Assembly: GCA_964016885.1 (NCBI GenBank)
Contig: OZ024740.1
Coordinates: 297,600,001-297,664,000, forward strand
Direction of reading: 5' to 3'
Source: Eledone cirrhosa
Lineage: Eukaryota
DNA length: 64,000 bases
Part shown: piece by piece, positions 1 through 60,719 of the stretch
Numbering within the stretch: the first letter of the stretch is position 1
Layout of the letters: every line of letters starts with the position of its first letter
Notes under the pieces: generated by a model
Seen by the model: only the letters and a program-made list of their open reading frames with translations
The model's database searches: none
What the model was told of the DNA's origin: nothing
Made by a program: the position numbers and the translations under genes

Positions 1-720
1 GAAACGAGGATGGAGGGATGGGGGAAAAGGGTGGAGAGAAATATATAAATAGATACATAAATATATAGGGAGAGGGATAGATAGATAGATATAAATTAAT
101 CCTCTTAGCATGTATGTTTGTATATCGTTTCCTGTGACATACTGTAATTTTCCAAAAACAGAGCCCAGGGGTGTGTTTCGTGTGCTGAAGTTCTGAAATA
201 CTCAAAAGACAGATGAGGAGTGATTTAAGAAAAGAGAAGGAAATAAGAGTCTAAGATAAAGAGAGAGATAGAGAGAGTGAGGAGGGAGAGAGGAGTGAAA
301 AGATATTGATCAGCAGACAATGAGAGAATAAGGGGAGATAAGCAGTGATAGATGGAGATAAATAAAAAGAGGATGTACAAGGAACGATAGACAAAGAATA
401 GAACTGAGAATGAGAGAAGTGAAAGAGTAAGAATCAGAAAGAGGGAGAGACAATGCGAGAAAGTGAGAGGCACATGGCGAGAAAGAAAGAGAGAGATATA
501 GAGTGCGAGAGGGAGATGTACAGAGAGAGTGAGAGAGAGAGAGAGAACAAGATGGACAGAGGGAGAGAGAGAGAGATGGACATAGAGAGAGGGGGGGAGA
601 TTGACAGAGAGAGAGAGGTGGGGGAGAGATTGACAGAGAGAGAGACTGAAAGTTGTAGGAAAGTAAAAGTCAACCATGTCACAAGAAGAAGACGAAGAAG
701 AAGAAGAAGAAGAAAATTAA
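1..720. repeat. GA-rich low-complexity tract
   Basis: Degenerate (GA)n/(GAA)n. Confidence 0.85.
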
Positions 721-789
721 TGATAACATCAACAGCAACAACAACAACAAACACAGAAAGACAAAACAATATCAACAATGTCAACGAGA

Positions 790-2325
790 TAAATGGTTTC
801 TTATATAGGCGCAAGGCCAACAATGTTGGGGGGGGGAGAGTCGATTAAATCCAGCCCAGTACATTACTGGTATTTTATTTTATCGACCCCGTAAGGATGA
901 AAGGCAAAGTTAACCCCGGTGGGATTTGAACTCAGATCGTAAAGGGCCGTAACTCTGTGCTGCAAAGCGTGTTGCCTGACTCTCTACCGATACTGCCAAT
1001 CCGCTGCCCTTATCAACGAGATAAATGCCAACAACATGAACAAGCACAACAACAACAATAAGAGCAACATCACAAGGTCGTTACCCAAACTTTAACCTGT
1101 ATATTCCCCCACCCTTCTCTCAGTAATGAAACAAAGGAAAGAAAAAGGTGGAAGAAAAGGACGAAGAAAAGGATGACGGGCCACGGGTAAGATCTTCAGC
1201 TAACCTCGTTTATATCTAAGATGTTGCTGCTCCTTAAAAAAATGCCCCTTGGGTATGTCTTACCTGTTGTCCCTACCTATTAATTAAGTAGGTTCTTTGA
1301 TTAGAGATTAATGCGAAGTTGATATGGCAAGGTATGCACACACACACACACATACATACACACACACACACAAATACACACAAAAAACCACACACACACA
1401 CATGTACGCATACATAAATTTGTATATATAAATATACATATATAGATTACACAGAAGAGATACACACACACTCACATTCGCACCTACATGCATACTCACA
1501 CTCTCACACATATGTAGACTGAGACAATAAACATATATACAATTACGAACATGCTCATATATCCATATTCACAAAACCAACACCCAACAGTATACTCACT
1601 CGCTCATACTGACAAGCATGTTAGGACAGCACACCTGTACCAATATACTCATATATAGTTATAGTCATTGATGCTCTCGTCTCTCGAATAATAGCCCGCT
1701 CCGCCATTATTAATTTTGCACATTTCTTCCATCCCCGTCTATTCCATCCCGCTTATTAAATTTTGCTAATCTATCTCCAGCGAAATTTTATTTTAAGTGT
1801 TAACATTCCTGCGACAATTGGTTTCTAATTTAGGTACAAGGCCAGCAATTTGATGGGATGGGGAAGTCAATTTAATTAGCCCCAGTGTGTTTGTTACTGA
1901 TACCTTATTTTATCGACACCGTAAGGATGAAAAGCATAGCTAACGTGGGCGGGATTTGATCCCAAGTTTCTTTATAAATAATTGTTTCTACTTTTGGTAC
2001 AAGGCCAGCAATTACCCAGTACATTACTGGTACTTTATTTTATCGACCCCGTAAGGATGAAAGGCAAAGTCAACCTCGGCGGGATTTGAACTCAGATCGT
2101 AAAGGGACGTAACTATGCTGGAAAGCATGGCGTCCGACCCTCTACCGATACTGCCAATCCATCGTTTCTTTATAAATAATGAGTTCTGATTTAGGCACAA
2201 GGCCAACAATTTTGGGGAGGGAAAAGTCGATTAAATCGACTCCAGTGTGTTACTGGTACTTTATTTTATCGACCCCATAAGGATGAAAGGCAAAGCTAAA
2301 CTGGGCGGAATTTGAACCCAGGTTT
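790..2325 (-). mobile_element. Cluster of tRNA-derived Deu/Nin-domain SINE copies (about 790-1010, 1815-1970, 1978-2160, 2175-2325)
   Basis: Box A TGGCAGTATCGG, box B GAGTTCAAATCC, core GCCTTTCATCCTTACGGGGTCGATAAAATAAAGTACCAG, (ATT)n tail. Confidence 0.9.
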
Positions 2326-2389
2326 CTTTTTAAATAATTGAATCATAATGTTCAATGCCAGTAAGGTTTCTTTCTCTTCTTTTAAATGA

Positions 2390-2860
2390 TTTTGTTATTT
2401 ATGAATAGATTTTGATATCGTATCGATATAAGAATCCTAATGTTTACCCCTTACTCTATACAGTATGAAGTTAAATTTATTCTTGAATAATGGAATCCGT
2501 TTCTTCATTCCTATTGTTGAAAATCTCCTTTAGATAGGTGCGTCGATTAAAGATTTGAATGTCTCTTTCTGATTCATTGATATTTGATATTAGTATAGAT
2601 GCTTGAATCTCTTCAATGATAAACCAATTTTATTTTTGTTCAAATTTGTTTTCGATAAATGTATCTTATTCCGGTCAACATCTTCCATGCATTAGTATCG
2701 TTGTTCCACTGGATCTGGTGCCCAGTTGTAATATATTCTCCCTTTTAAATCAGTATTGGCAATAGTATGTATATCCTTTTCCACTCGTTTGCATGAGTTC
2801 AGTAATAGCTTTCGTTGATTCTAAATGGATTTACGTTCAAGTTAAGGTAATTGACTGTCT
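2390..2860 (-). mobile_element. Possible highly decayed RLE-type LINE remnant
   Basis: Faint residual peptides (YNWAPDPV, ..LIDAPI); many stops. Confidence 0.3.
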
Positions 2861-3422
2861 TAGTTACGTATATGTCATATCGTGATACTGAATGGACTGA
2901 GTTCTATGTTGACAGAAGCCACTAACATAAATCTTTTTCTGTTAAATTGGCTGTTATTGCATTTCACTGTTTATGGATAACATTGGATCGATGTAGATTT
3001 ATTAGCAGTAACACTAACACAGCGTGGTTCATGATTGATGTGTATATGAAGACATATACTATATGTTTATGTACAATAAAAATGCATAGGACTCACTATG
3101 AATGTCTTAAACTGTCATGTTACAGCTATCTCAATAGCCTCAGAGAATGCTTGACAAGTGTTTTCGGATTTTTAGCCACCATCAGTGTCATTTCTTCACT
3201 CTGTACTTAGACAAGAATAAGCTAAAAGCTTATTCTTGAATACGTGTCTGCCATAAGATAGTTGTGATATGATGACAACTTAAAACATTCATAACGAGAC
3301 TCTTGTATTTGTATTGCACACTAGACCACCTGTGACCCGTTGGGTCACGTTCTCTTAAAAATAATTTTAAACAATTAAAATATATACAGACATGTATATA
3401 ATGTAAAATGAAATTGGAAGGC

Positions 3423-3700
<278 letters not shown>

Positions 3701-3867
3701 AGAAACCCTTTCTGTTTAGCAGGAATTATTCGCTACACACATCCTGTCCTAACACAAGTTATATGATACATATGACTTAATATTCAGTCACCAAATTCGA
3801 GCTAGATATAGTAATGCTGTATTCGATTCTTTGAAGTCACCTGTTATAATTTCATTCAACAACACCA

Positions 3868-3901
<34 letters not shown>

Positions 3902-4729
3902 ATCTATCTATCTATCTATCTATCTCACAACCATTATCTCTTTCTCGGGAACTGTGCTCCGATTTATGCGAAACTTATTTTACTCCATTTGTATTCCCAT
4001 TTCAGGGGCAACTTCCTTTCAAAGTATTTCCCCATTATTGGCTGTATTACATTATAGACAAGCAAGCAATCACAGAGTTTTAGTAGTATATAGATAAACA
4101 CGTCATGATTCATTTGACTGGTTCAGTAAATGCACATTTTAAAATTTGCTGTAAAATATAGACATTGGAGTTTAACCATGTTTTCCGTCTGTTACCAGAA
4201 AAGGGATGAACTACGTTTTAGCCTTTTTACAGCACCTAACTCCTGATAAAGTCGTGGGAGCGTCGTCGTATTATACGGCATGTCTTGGATTTGAACACAG
4301 CCGATCCCTAGCAATATTTGGAAAGTAGTCGTGTCTTCAACAAAACACACATACATACTACGCTCTGAGTTCAAATTCCGTCGAAGTCAACTTTGTTTTT
4401 CATCCTTTCGTGATCGAATCATAAAGTACCAGTCTAGTAATGCGATAGAGTTTTCCGCTATTTCTCTATTTCTTTAACCCTTTCTTTATCTGGAAGAAAT
4501 GGGCTGTTTTCTGATCAGCAGACGGATGGGATCGGTCAAGTTTTAACTCGGAAAACACATCACGTGTAAGCACCGCACCTCTTTGACTCTTTAACAGAAA
4601 GTTACGGACCCTATATCTTTTTTACCTTTAATTTGCTATAACGTAAATGAAAAACGTTTTCAGATTCCACCACGAAACCTGGAACAAATATCCAAGGTTC
4701 TAACGAGTCGTTCTAATCGACCACTTAAG

Positions 4730-4801
<72 letters not shown>

Positions 4802-4980
4802 TTCTATGGTTGCATGAAAAATGCGTCCGGAAACAAATTCATATACTAAGCATCTTTGACGACCTTTCGGTTACAGAGGCAGGTTCGATCTATAATAGGT
4901 CTTGCCTCGAGCTGATCGATAGTGAAACATATTAAATATGTTATGATGCAACACTGAATCCTTGTTCCTTATCCTTATAG

Positions 4981-5047
<67 letters not shown>

Positions 5048-5299
5048 GGGGTCGTATTCTCAAAGGACAAACATCAGATTAGTTCGGCCCCTTATCAATA
5101 TCCTGTATTGCATTAAAAATATTACATAACACCATTATTTCTTAAGAGGCTGTTTGATGAACACATGTTGGTGGTTGTATAATGGCAGCAGTACGTAATT
5201 ATTAACACTATAAAAATATGTATTACGCCAGATTATGAGTAAAATGTATTATGAATATCTACATCTGACCGTTGCAATTATATATCATTATTGAACGTA

Positions 5300-5725
5300 T
5301 GGATTGGCAGTATCGGTAGAGGGTCGGACGCCATTCTTTGCAGCAAGGAGTTACGGCCCTTTATGGTGGGAGTTCAAATCCCGCCGAGGTTAACTTTGCC
5401 TTTCATCCTTACGGGGTCGATAAAATAAAGTACCAGTAATACACTGGGATAATTGTTGGCCTTGTGCCAAAAGTAGAAACAATCATTGAACGTATACTCC
5501 ATCATAGACTATTTGGAAAAATACACATGACGTTGAGTGCTTGAACCTAATTACATCATTATTTACTGATTGCATTGTTACATATGCTACACTGGTTAGT
5601 CAGCATCTTATAACACACACGCACATATCTATGTGTAGATAGATTGATTGAGAAAGACCACTAATTATGGAAGTACCCAGTACATGGGGAAATGCAGAGT
5701 AGGTATAGAGATATGTAAATATATG

Positions 5726-5764
<39 letters not shown>

Positions 5765-6130
5765 TAAACCGAGGTTTCACATTAAGGTCTTTATTGATTA
5801 TACACAGTTACGACCATTCCACAGATGGGTGGCTCGGGATCTATGTAAATGCTATAAACCCGACTCCAGTCCGATCTGCTCATGATACTTGTTAATCAAA
5901 CAAAACCATAGATATGATATATCCTTTCGTAGTCTGATAACATAGCTTATTCTCGCTTAAATGATCTCAAAGTTTTTTTTTACCGCCGAGATGGATCGGC
6001 CCTTGACATTCTGAGTTCGAATCCCGCCGAGGTTAACTTTGCCTTTCATCCTTACGGGGTCGATAAAATAAAGTACCAGTAATACACTGGGTAATTGCTG
6101 GCCTTGTGCCAAAAGTAGAAACAATTATTA
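5300..6130 (+). mobile_element. Two copies of the same SINE family (5300-5483, 5985-6130)
   Basis: Same core; TSD-like attgaacgtat flanks the first copy. Confidence 0.88.
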
Positions 6131-7860
6131 TTATTTATTTATTCATTTATTTATTTCCTGCCATTTTATTAAGTATGTTGAGGTCAAAACCATTTTCAAT
6201 AACAATCGTGTATACACGTGTGTGTGGGGTGGGGGGAGGGCAATTATTTGCTCTTGTTTGACAACAAGAAGTTGTATAATACAAATAGAAATATAAAAAA
6301 TATAAACAAACTAGAGTACTTACAGTGCATGTACATTTTGGTTTAGAAAACAGAAGAGAAAGAAGGCCGACAATCCGAAAATAGTCTTCATTCCAGTTTG
6401 AGAACAAGAAAAGGGCATTTCCAACAAAAGAAAATCCCCGCGTGTTGGGTCCCAGTGGAGGAAATACCTCCAATTAATCAATAGCCAACGTCAGTTCCAG
6501 CAACACTAACATAGAGCAGCATCAGCAAGAAGAACAATAAGAACAGGAACAGTAGATACAGTGCTATACACTGATAGCAGCAGCACTATCAGCTGAAGAA
6601 GAAGGTATAAATACGAAACCACTGTCAAACGTGTGTCGTTATGTTTTTTTCGGTGACTGTATCTGTATGTCTGAAGTGAACGGATCAAGATACGCGAATA
6701 GTTTTGAAGCGCGGTCATCCGCTTAACTTATACAGTCTGGATTGAACAATAGGGACCTCACTGCTTCAAGCTATACGAAGACGACATGAGCTTCAGGGCA
6801 AATTTACTCAACACGAAAATATTCCTTTTCATTATACCTGTTTTGTTTTATTTTGATAGTTTTATTCCTCAGACAATAATTACTATATCTAAATAAGCAT
6901 TTTTAAACCGATTTTTGTTGTTATTTTGTCATTCTTTGGTATTGTTGTTTCATTTTTCAATCTATGGTATTGTAGTAGCTTTTTAAACATATTTTTGGTG
7001 TCCTTTTTGTTGCTAACCCTGTATATATTGTTGTAATATTATTCATAATTGGTGGGTAGTGAGACCTGCATTTTTTGTTTGTTTCTTGTTTAGTATTGAG
7101 GGAAGAGAGTGTATGAATTTGTATATACGGTGCATGTAAACTGGAATGTTTTAGCTATATAAATTACACCTTCCTTAAGTTCTTGGTAACTAAATATAAG
7201 CTCGATGTTTCGGCCTTTTCCTGTAGTTTGTTTTAATAACAGGTAGATACATATATTCTTCTGGCTAGTACGGTAGTCTATCACAGATTACTCTCACAAT
7301 ACCGCTAATATTTTTAAAGTCAAAATTTCCCGCTCGAAATATGATGATTACAGAATAATAATGGTTTGCAAAATATTGAACTTTTTTCTTGAGTTATGAG
7401 TTTAAATCTTCTGATTACTACTAATGTCTCCCAAATTCAACAATTATATTTAAATATTATAAGTTACATCAGATTGGTGGATTGGCAGAATTGGTAGAAC
7501 GTCTCATAAAATACCATTGCGATATTTGTTCTGGATCATTATATTCTGAGTTTAAATCTCACCAAGGTCAATTTTGCTTTAAATCCTTGGGAGATCGGTA
7601 AAATAAAGTACCGTTTAAGTATTGGGGTTGATTTAATCAGCTTTCTGTTTCCCTCAAATTTACTAGCCTTGTACGTAAATAAAAATCAATTTTAAACAAA
7701 GGAATTCATTAAAGGAGGGCGCAACTATAAATCAGGAACGAACAAGTGAATCCTAAACGTAATGTTGAAAATAATTGTTGAACACGGAGTCGATAGATAT
7801 TTGACTACATCATTTATTAATATATTTTTTATTAAAATAATTAAAACGATATGACGTTAG

Positions 7861-8026
7861 CAGTACCGAATTTAGGACAAACGAGGCCCTGTGCTAGTTA
7901 AGTTATGAGGCCCCTTACATATAAAAAATTCATTGTAAAACTTTTGGGGGGCAGGAAAATGGGATCCCCTGGTCTACGGGGCCCTGTGTTTAAGCACACC
8001 TAAGCACAATCGTAAATCCGGCACTT
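7861..8026. mobile_element. hAT-like MITE
   Basis: TIR cagtaccgaattta / taaatccggcact, ggccc subterminal motifs, imperfect 8-bp TSD gacgttag/gatgttgg. Confidence 0.6.
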
Positions 8027-8046
8027 GATGTTGGAAAGATTTATGA

Positions 8047-8490
8047 AAACTTTAGAAAAAAATGAGGTGAATAGCCATTTAAAGAAATTCAATAAAAACT
8101 GTTCTTAAAATGTTTTATCTTGTGGGAGTGACCGCTACATATGTACAATTGTATTGTTGCATGATTTCGCACATTAAACATATTTGTATCTCTCAGATAT
8201 GTCTCGATATGTTTAGAAAAAAACTTTAGAAAAAAATGAGGTGAATAGCCATTTAAAGAAATTTAGAAAAAAACTTTAGAAAAAAATGAGGTGAATAGCC
8301 ATTTAAAGAAATTTAGAAAAAAACTTTAGAAAAAAATGAGGTGAATAGCCATTTAAAGAAATTCAATAAAAACTGTTCTTAAAATGTTTTATCTTGTGGG
8401 AGTGACCGCTACATATGTACAATTGTATTGTTGCATGATTTCGCACATTAAACATATTTGTATCTCTCAGATATGTCTCGATATGTTTAG
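8047..8490. repeat. Local tandem duplication of about 170 bp with internal units of about 51 bp
   Basis: ctttagaaaaaaatgaggtgaatagccatttaaagaaatt occurs 4 times; the 170-bp block occurs twice. Confidence 0.85.
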
Positions 8491-8949
8491 CTTAATATCT
8501 TGCCTAATTTAGAAATCAATATTATAAATGACATCACATTAACATTTATTGAGTCATCGAAATTCGATTTTTGTTTGTTACTTAAATGTTTGCTCCTTCC
8601 TCTCCAAGTTTACCTTTAACTGTAGCCCAAACATTTCCCGAGCTAAAAACACTTTTTTTTATGAATTTATTTTAATTCCAGAATAGTGTAAATGAGAGGT
8701 ACGACACATGTCTGATTATTTTTGCAAAAGAATAAGGAAAAAGGAATATGCCTCTTGTGACAGGAACCCCTGGAAGGAATGTTTGAGGACTCTGCGCCCA
8801 CGACCCTCTCAGGAATAAGTGAACGAAGAAGCAGAAGGAGAAGAAGTGGCAAGGGTGCCAGCATGAGACACACTTGAGCATTTTAATTCTGTCGGAGCCC
8901 ATGTCGGAACACAACCGATTACTTCCGGGGAAAGAGAAAGAAGGGGAGA

Positions 8950-11220
8950 ATCGACCTCCAATACTTTACTGTTAGTTTAGTTATCGACCTCGAAAGGATG
9001 AAAAGCGAAGTTGACCTCTGTGGTATTTGGACTCAGACCGCAATAAGCAAGAATGAATTTCTAATACGATACTCTAACGACTCGTTTTTTTAGATAACTG
9101 AACTAGGAATAAATAAAGGCAATTATTTCTATGATATATTTGTCTTACATTTATCATTTTATATATAGAAGCACCCCAACCCATTATATGCATCTATGGT
9201 CCCATAACTCTTGTGAGAGTCATAGGGACACCGTATTGACAAACGGCGTTTCTAGGGCATTTTTAAACCTGGTGGAGCCCATCGCTCTTCCAGGTCTGAA
9301 CACAGCAGATTTCTTCTAGAGAAGGATAGAGAATGAGAGAATGAAAGTGAGAAAGAAATATAGAGGAAGAATCGATCTCAGTACTTGCCTGGTACATTTT
9401 TATTGACCTTGAATGGATGAAAGGCAAAGCTGACTTCTGTGGGATTTGAACTCATAGTGTAGTGCGCCGAAACGAATACACCATAGCATTCAATCCGACA
9501 TAATGCAGTCCAGTATATACTATATACCATAAGTGAACAAAAAATAAACAAGATAGATCCATGGATCATCTTTTATCATACGTTATACAATAATAATTTC
9601 ATAATTCTTTCTAGCATTGGCCCAGCAATTTAAGGGAACGGTAAAGTCGATTATATCAAACCCGTAAGGATGAATGGCAAAGATAACCTTGGTGGGATTT
9701 TAACACAGAACGTAGAAAGCCGTGACTAAAATTCAGCAAAGCATTTTATCTCACCTCCTACCGATACTGCCAATCCACCGCCCTCTAAACACTTTTTCTA
9801 TCTTTGGTAAAAGGCTAGTAATTTGGAGAAGGATGAAAGTCGATTATATCGACCCTCGTACTTAACTGGTATTTTACTTTATTGACCCCAGAGGGATGAA
9901 AAGCAACCTTGGTAAAGAAGCAGAAGAAATACAGCAAAGCGTTAGTTTCGACGCTTTTAATGACTCCTAAATCCACTGGCCGCATTGCTATTTGAATAAA
10001 TTAACAGATGAATGAAAATAACTTTCAAAAATAAAATAACGAATAATGAATGAAAACAAGAAATAAGAATAAGAAAGTTGAATAAAAAACATGAATCAAC
10101 TACATCATGAACTGTATAAGAGAAGAGAAGATAATTATTGGTCTTAAAAGCTTCAAATAACCAATAATTATTAACAATTAATCCAGCTAGTTTATTTCTG
10201 TCCCGGAAAATTCATTTTCCCTCCCCGGAAGTTCATTTTAATGCTTGATGTGCTGATAATAATATTTTTTGATGTTGTGCTGATAATCTATTTACTAAGT
10301 CAAATTGTAAACAGGGCGAATTGTAAACAATTTCTTGATAGCATTATGTCAAGTTACGAGAAATGATGAAATTATATCTATGTAATAATTGTTTCTACTT
10401 TTTGCACAAGGCCAGCAATTATTCCAGTGCATTACTGGTACTTTATTCTATCGAACCCGTACGGATGAAAGGCAAAGTTAACCTCGGCGGGATTTGAACT
10501 CAGACCATAAAGGGCTGCAAAGTATGGCGTCCGACCCTGCGGTGAATTGGTAGAGTCGTTAGAACATCGGATAGAATGTTTTGTGGTATTCATTCCGGCT
10601 CTCTGCTCTCTGAGTTCAAATCCTACCGAAGTCAACTTCGCTTTCACCCTTTCGAAGCCGATAAAATAGTACCAATCAAGTACTGGGGTCGATTCTTCCT
10701 CCCTCTTACTTTCTCATTTCCATTCTCTCGCTCCTTCTCTGCTGCGTTCAGACCTGAAAATGCCCCAAGGAACGCTGTATGTAAATAAAGTGCCCCAACG
10801 ACTCCCGAGGGAGTTACGGAACCAAGCGCTCATGTATGCACAATAGTATTTAGAGAACAACGCATCATGTTGTTTCTCTATAGAATATCATTTTAGAAAT
10901 TGAATGAGATGAGCAGAGCGCTTTAATTTTATCATCCTCTGAAGGATAAAAGGCAGAGTCAACCTCGATGGCATTTGAACACACTCCTTTTTAAACATAA
11001 TTGACCATAACTAAATCCAAAATATTACTTCGTTCATTACTATTGATTATGCTAATCCACAACCCTATATAGTTGTTTCTAACATTAGTACAAAGGCAAC
11101 AATTAGGGAGAAAGGGGAAAACGATGATATCAACCACAGGACTTAACTGGTTCTTTATTTATCGACCTCGGAATGGTGAAAAGTAAAATTGACGCTGGCG
11201 ACATTTGAACTCATGACCCT
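8950..11220. mobile_element. Dense cluster of old and young SINE copies in both orientations, including a long-tailed subfamily (tail ...gaagaaatctgctg...gagttacgg)
   Basis: Repeated core motif; the long tail also occurs at 14390-14545, 56966-57282 and 58340-58672. Confidence 0.8.
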
Positions 11221-11865
11221 ATATAATAAAATGAGATTTTTTTTTTTTTTTTGTAAAATTATATAGAGTTGTAGACTGGCATAATTAAAATTGGAAATAC
11301 GAAGGAACATCAATGCAGCAATTACGTGAAATCGATGCAGTTTTCTCTCCTTCAAGTTGCTGCATATTTGATGTTCCGATGAGTAACGGTTTAAGGAGTC
11401 CTGCGACAAGACGGGCACTCAAAACCGGTATAGTCATGGTACATGAAAAGAAAAAGAATCTATTGGTGATGAATTTTGAAAGTGACGGGTGTGTGATGCT
11501 GGAGGTTACTAGCTGGAAATCTTCATCTTCATGGCGACTTGAGTACGGAAGTCGTAGATATTCTGGTGAGTACTAGCTGTTTAAGGGCCTGGTGAAGAAG
11601 GGATGAAATCCTCCTATGCATCTTAACTTCACTTGGCTGGGGTACCACAAACAATTAGATACTCTATTTCCCAGACCAAAATATGACAAGAACAAAATAG
11701 AGGAAATTGATTTAAGTAATCTTAACATATTTCTGCAATGCCGGAATGAAGAACTGCGATTGTTGACAAAGAATGAATTCATTACATTCTAGACATCGTT
11801 GCAGAAACGTGAAACGGCAAAGAATTACGGGAGTAAAACTAATATAGCTTCTGGTCAGAAATGGG

Positions 11866-12259
11866 TATTCTCGGGTCTCAAATAATCCTCCCCCATCCCA
11901 TTTATTCATGTTTCAGATTTTTCCAAATTTCCGCCTCCTCGCACGCTTTTATTCCAACACCCTACTTATTAAATGTTGCTAATCTATATCCGGCGAAATC
12001 TTATTTTAAGTGGTAGCATCCCTGTGGTAATTCATTTTCTTTAGACATAAAAAACATTATACATGACAAAAAAAGGACAGTACTAGAAATCTCATATGTT
12101 ATAAAATAAATAGGATGGGTTGGCGTCTCAGCATGTAAACTAAGCGACTAATTCTGGTTTTTAAAACGAAATCAAGGGAGACAATGTAGATAAATCATCG
12201 ATTTTCCAACCCGACCGATTATTCCACCCAACTCCCCTATTATTTGGGGCCCGAGAGTA
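11866..12259. mobile_element. Tc1/mariner-type MITE (TIR tactctcgggtcccaaataat); relatives at about 1670-1815, 19130-19490, 43485-43900 and 47285-47690
   Basis: Terminal inverted repeats with TA ends and a shared internal sequence. Confidence 0.75.
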
Positions 12260-12810
12260 TGCTACATAGGGAGAGAGAGAGAAAAGCTGTTGTTAGTTGA
12301 ACCGTCACGAATAATCTTATGAGCTAACTGGTGCAACACCTTGTTGTTGTTATATTGATAGACTAATGAAAGTGAGATTAGCTCTGGCTGAACATCGCAG
12401 TATAATTGTTTATAGCGATTATTTTCATACAATGACAAACGAGCAGGATATGGAAAGTTTCTACGATCCATTACGTAGACGCCCGGACACAATGAAACCA
12501 AGCAATAATCTGCTTGTGCAGAGTTATCTTAACACATGTGTGAGGAGGACTAATCAAATGTATAGCCGTGTGCTAGTGCAGTCAGGAAAAGATAATCTCT
12601 ACAAAAGGGGTCTTGCCGTAACAATCACATTCTTCTTCTGGATTTCTGAGAAAGTAATATCGAAATCTGACAGTATCTGTTGAATAACATGCTTTACTAC
12701 AGGCACAATATTGTGGATTTCAGCTATTTGCATGCCGTGTGTGTATATTGTAGAGCTGATTGCTGATTGATTGATGAAAATGTTATGAATATACAAAAGC
12801 TCTTATCTAA

Positions 12811-13029
12811 CCCTTTAATGTTCAAACCCGCAAAAACCGGCCAGAATTCTCTACCTCTTTCTGTTGAAACTGGCTGTAACTGGTCACTCAAACTGATGTT
12901 AACGTATTGTTCTCAAAATAAATACTTTTAAAATCTCATAGATTCGATATTATGTGAGATATTATGTAAGGTAAAGCCTTTACCATGAAAATATAATAGT
13001 ATACATAGAGTAATGTGAATGCTAAAGGG
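12811..13029. mobile_element. piggyBac-like MITE
   Basis: ccctttaatgttca ... tgaatgctaaaggg termini with ctaa flanks (degenerate TTAA). Confidence 0.5.
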
Positions 13030-14944
13030 CTAAAAATCGAAGATACCATCCAACTGTGCTGAATGGACGAGGTACAGAGCAAATTACTAGTTAACTCAAA
13101 GACACAAAAAGTAACTGAAACTGTAGAAAAACCGACGCTTGGTCAGGAGGGTAAAATACAGGTTTTTACGGAATATACTATCTGTGCAAGTCTAAGAAAA
13201 GTTTATGGTCCTTTTAAAGGTGATAAAGCACCAGCGGATGGTAAGAACCGCTTACATTCTTGCACCAACAAAAACAATTTTCTGAAATGCTGGTAGGATA
13301 ATTTGAATGAGTTACAAAACCGGCCTTCAATACTTCGTGAGACATTGGGTTATGTCCAACTAGAAATGCTATAACCAGCAATCTTGAAGACAAAACCAGC
13401 GAAAGTTTCTGCAGTTGAAAGCTTTCCCAAGAAAATCAATATAAGTAAAGAATATTAGCTAAGTAAAGTGTTGCTATACACATAGGTTTATGAATTAATT
13501 GTGTTAAGTAAGCGAAAAATGTGTTAATAAACGGAACTAGCACACAAGTCTTAGAAGAAGAAGAATATAATCTCCAAAAGTGCAACAGAAATATTGTATT
13601 GTAAAACGATATCATTTTCTTGGCATTTATAGAGACTATAAAATAATTACAACCTGTTTTTCTGTATATCTTAGGGTAATTAGAGGAGTTCATCTTTTGT
13701 AAGTTGAGTGAGGCTATAGTTTGGCTGAAATCAGGTGTAGTGGAGCAAATATGTATCCTGTCAGCCAAAATGTTTTCTAAAGAGGTGGAAGAAAGTTCTA
13801 ACAACGGCTAATTTAGAATGTAGATTATGCCTCCTTATACTCATTGCACTGTGTTTCTATTCCTATTAATAGAAGTATTTATTACTGGTTGGGATGTAGT
13901 AGGTTCTATGTAGTAATTGTTTTCTTTAAAATCGCTTTTGTAGAAGTTTTCATTGTAGAAAGGTACTATTTTATTAAAAATTTGCATGTTAGAGAAGTTT
14001 GAGATTCTAAGTGAAATGCATTCGTCAATTAATTATGTTGGGCTAGATAAGGATTTACGTAGTCTTGAGATCCATCTAGTGTTTTTTGTTTTTTTTAATC
14101 AAAATGATCAAGCATTACATCTAAATTGTCTACTTAATTTAGATTGATTGTAAGCATGATCGAGAAATTGAATTCCTTGAAGAGTAAATGGAGGGTTTTT
14201 CTGATTCTATTAGTGTTCTGTAGGAATTTAGATTCACGTTTATGAAGTAAGAAAATCTCGATGGATTACTTCTAATCTTGTGTTTCTCTTATGGAAAGTG
14301 TTTTTCAGAATACAGATTCAACTTAAGGAACCAGATAAACATAGACGGCGAATTTCGTTAAAAGTAACTATCAGAACCTCTTTATCTACCTCTCATTTCC
14401 TTTCTGTCACTCTCTTCGTCTTTCTCTGGAAGAAATCTGCTGTATTCACACCTGGAGATGAGATGGGCTCCACCAGGTTTTAAAATGCACTGGAAACGCC
14501 GTATCTCAACCGGCGTCCCTACAACTTCTTTATGGGTTACAGGACCAAACAAAACGCTAAGTAACTGTATATGATAGATTTAGCTTCTTTTTCTTTTACT
14601 TCATTTATTTCATTAGATATTAGATTCAGAATTTCCACCGATTAATTAAATTTTACTCTTTCATTTCAAAATTTAGATTTGTAAATGTATTTAGGCTCCA
14701 CATCAAAAATATTTTTAAGTTCGATTTGATTCTTAAATCAATCACACTTCGCCATCTTTTAAAAGCAGGATATAATGTATAGTGTTGTCCTGAAACAAAA
14801 CCTTTTTGGTAACGACTGGAATGATTTTTATGAAAATAGTGCTTGATCAGAGATGACCTGGGACTAAACGAGATAACAGCTATCACAATATGAACGCAAC
14901 TACAACAGTAACAACAACAAATTACTGTATGGCATAAGAAAACA

Positions 14945-15039
14945 TTTATTTCAATCTTTATTACATAAATGTTGTGAATAATTCAAGGGAGGATTATAAA
15001 ACGTGGGGAGGTCATTGAAGTCATATTTTTACTTTTATT
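14945..15039 (-). promoter_or_regulatory. Candidate polyadenylation signals (AATAAA at 15034-15039 and 14945-14950)
   Basis: tttatt on the + strand, 110-200 nt downstream of the stop codon; AT-rich context lowers specificity. Confidence 0.45.
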
Positions 15040-15150
15040 AAGTTTGCAATTCTCTCATGTTACTTATTATTAATGCATCTTTTAAAACTGTGACATAACG
15101 TCTTTAACACTTGTGTGACGGACGTGCGTTGAACTTGCTTGGCTCATCAT

Positions 15151-60674
<45,524 letters not shown>

Positions 60675-60719
60675 CTGAAATATTTAAAGAAGAAAATGAG
60701 AAAAAGAGAAAGAAAGAAT

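Noticed and set aside
225-848. ORFs of 129-150 aa (Leu/Ser-rich or Arg/Glu-rich)
   Set aside because: Translations of GA-rich low-complexity DNA
5300-5385. tRNA-like A/B boxes
   Set aside because: These are SINE heads without a full cloverleaf, not tRNA genes
11260-11860. Moderately GC-rich segment with faint transposase-like peptides
   Set aside because: No convincing motif order, so it cannot be classified
13380-14350. Strand-skewed segment, possibly a decayed Penelope-like ORF (also 6850-7330 and 22600-23200)
   Set aside because: Too degenerate to support by eye
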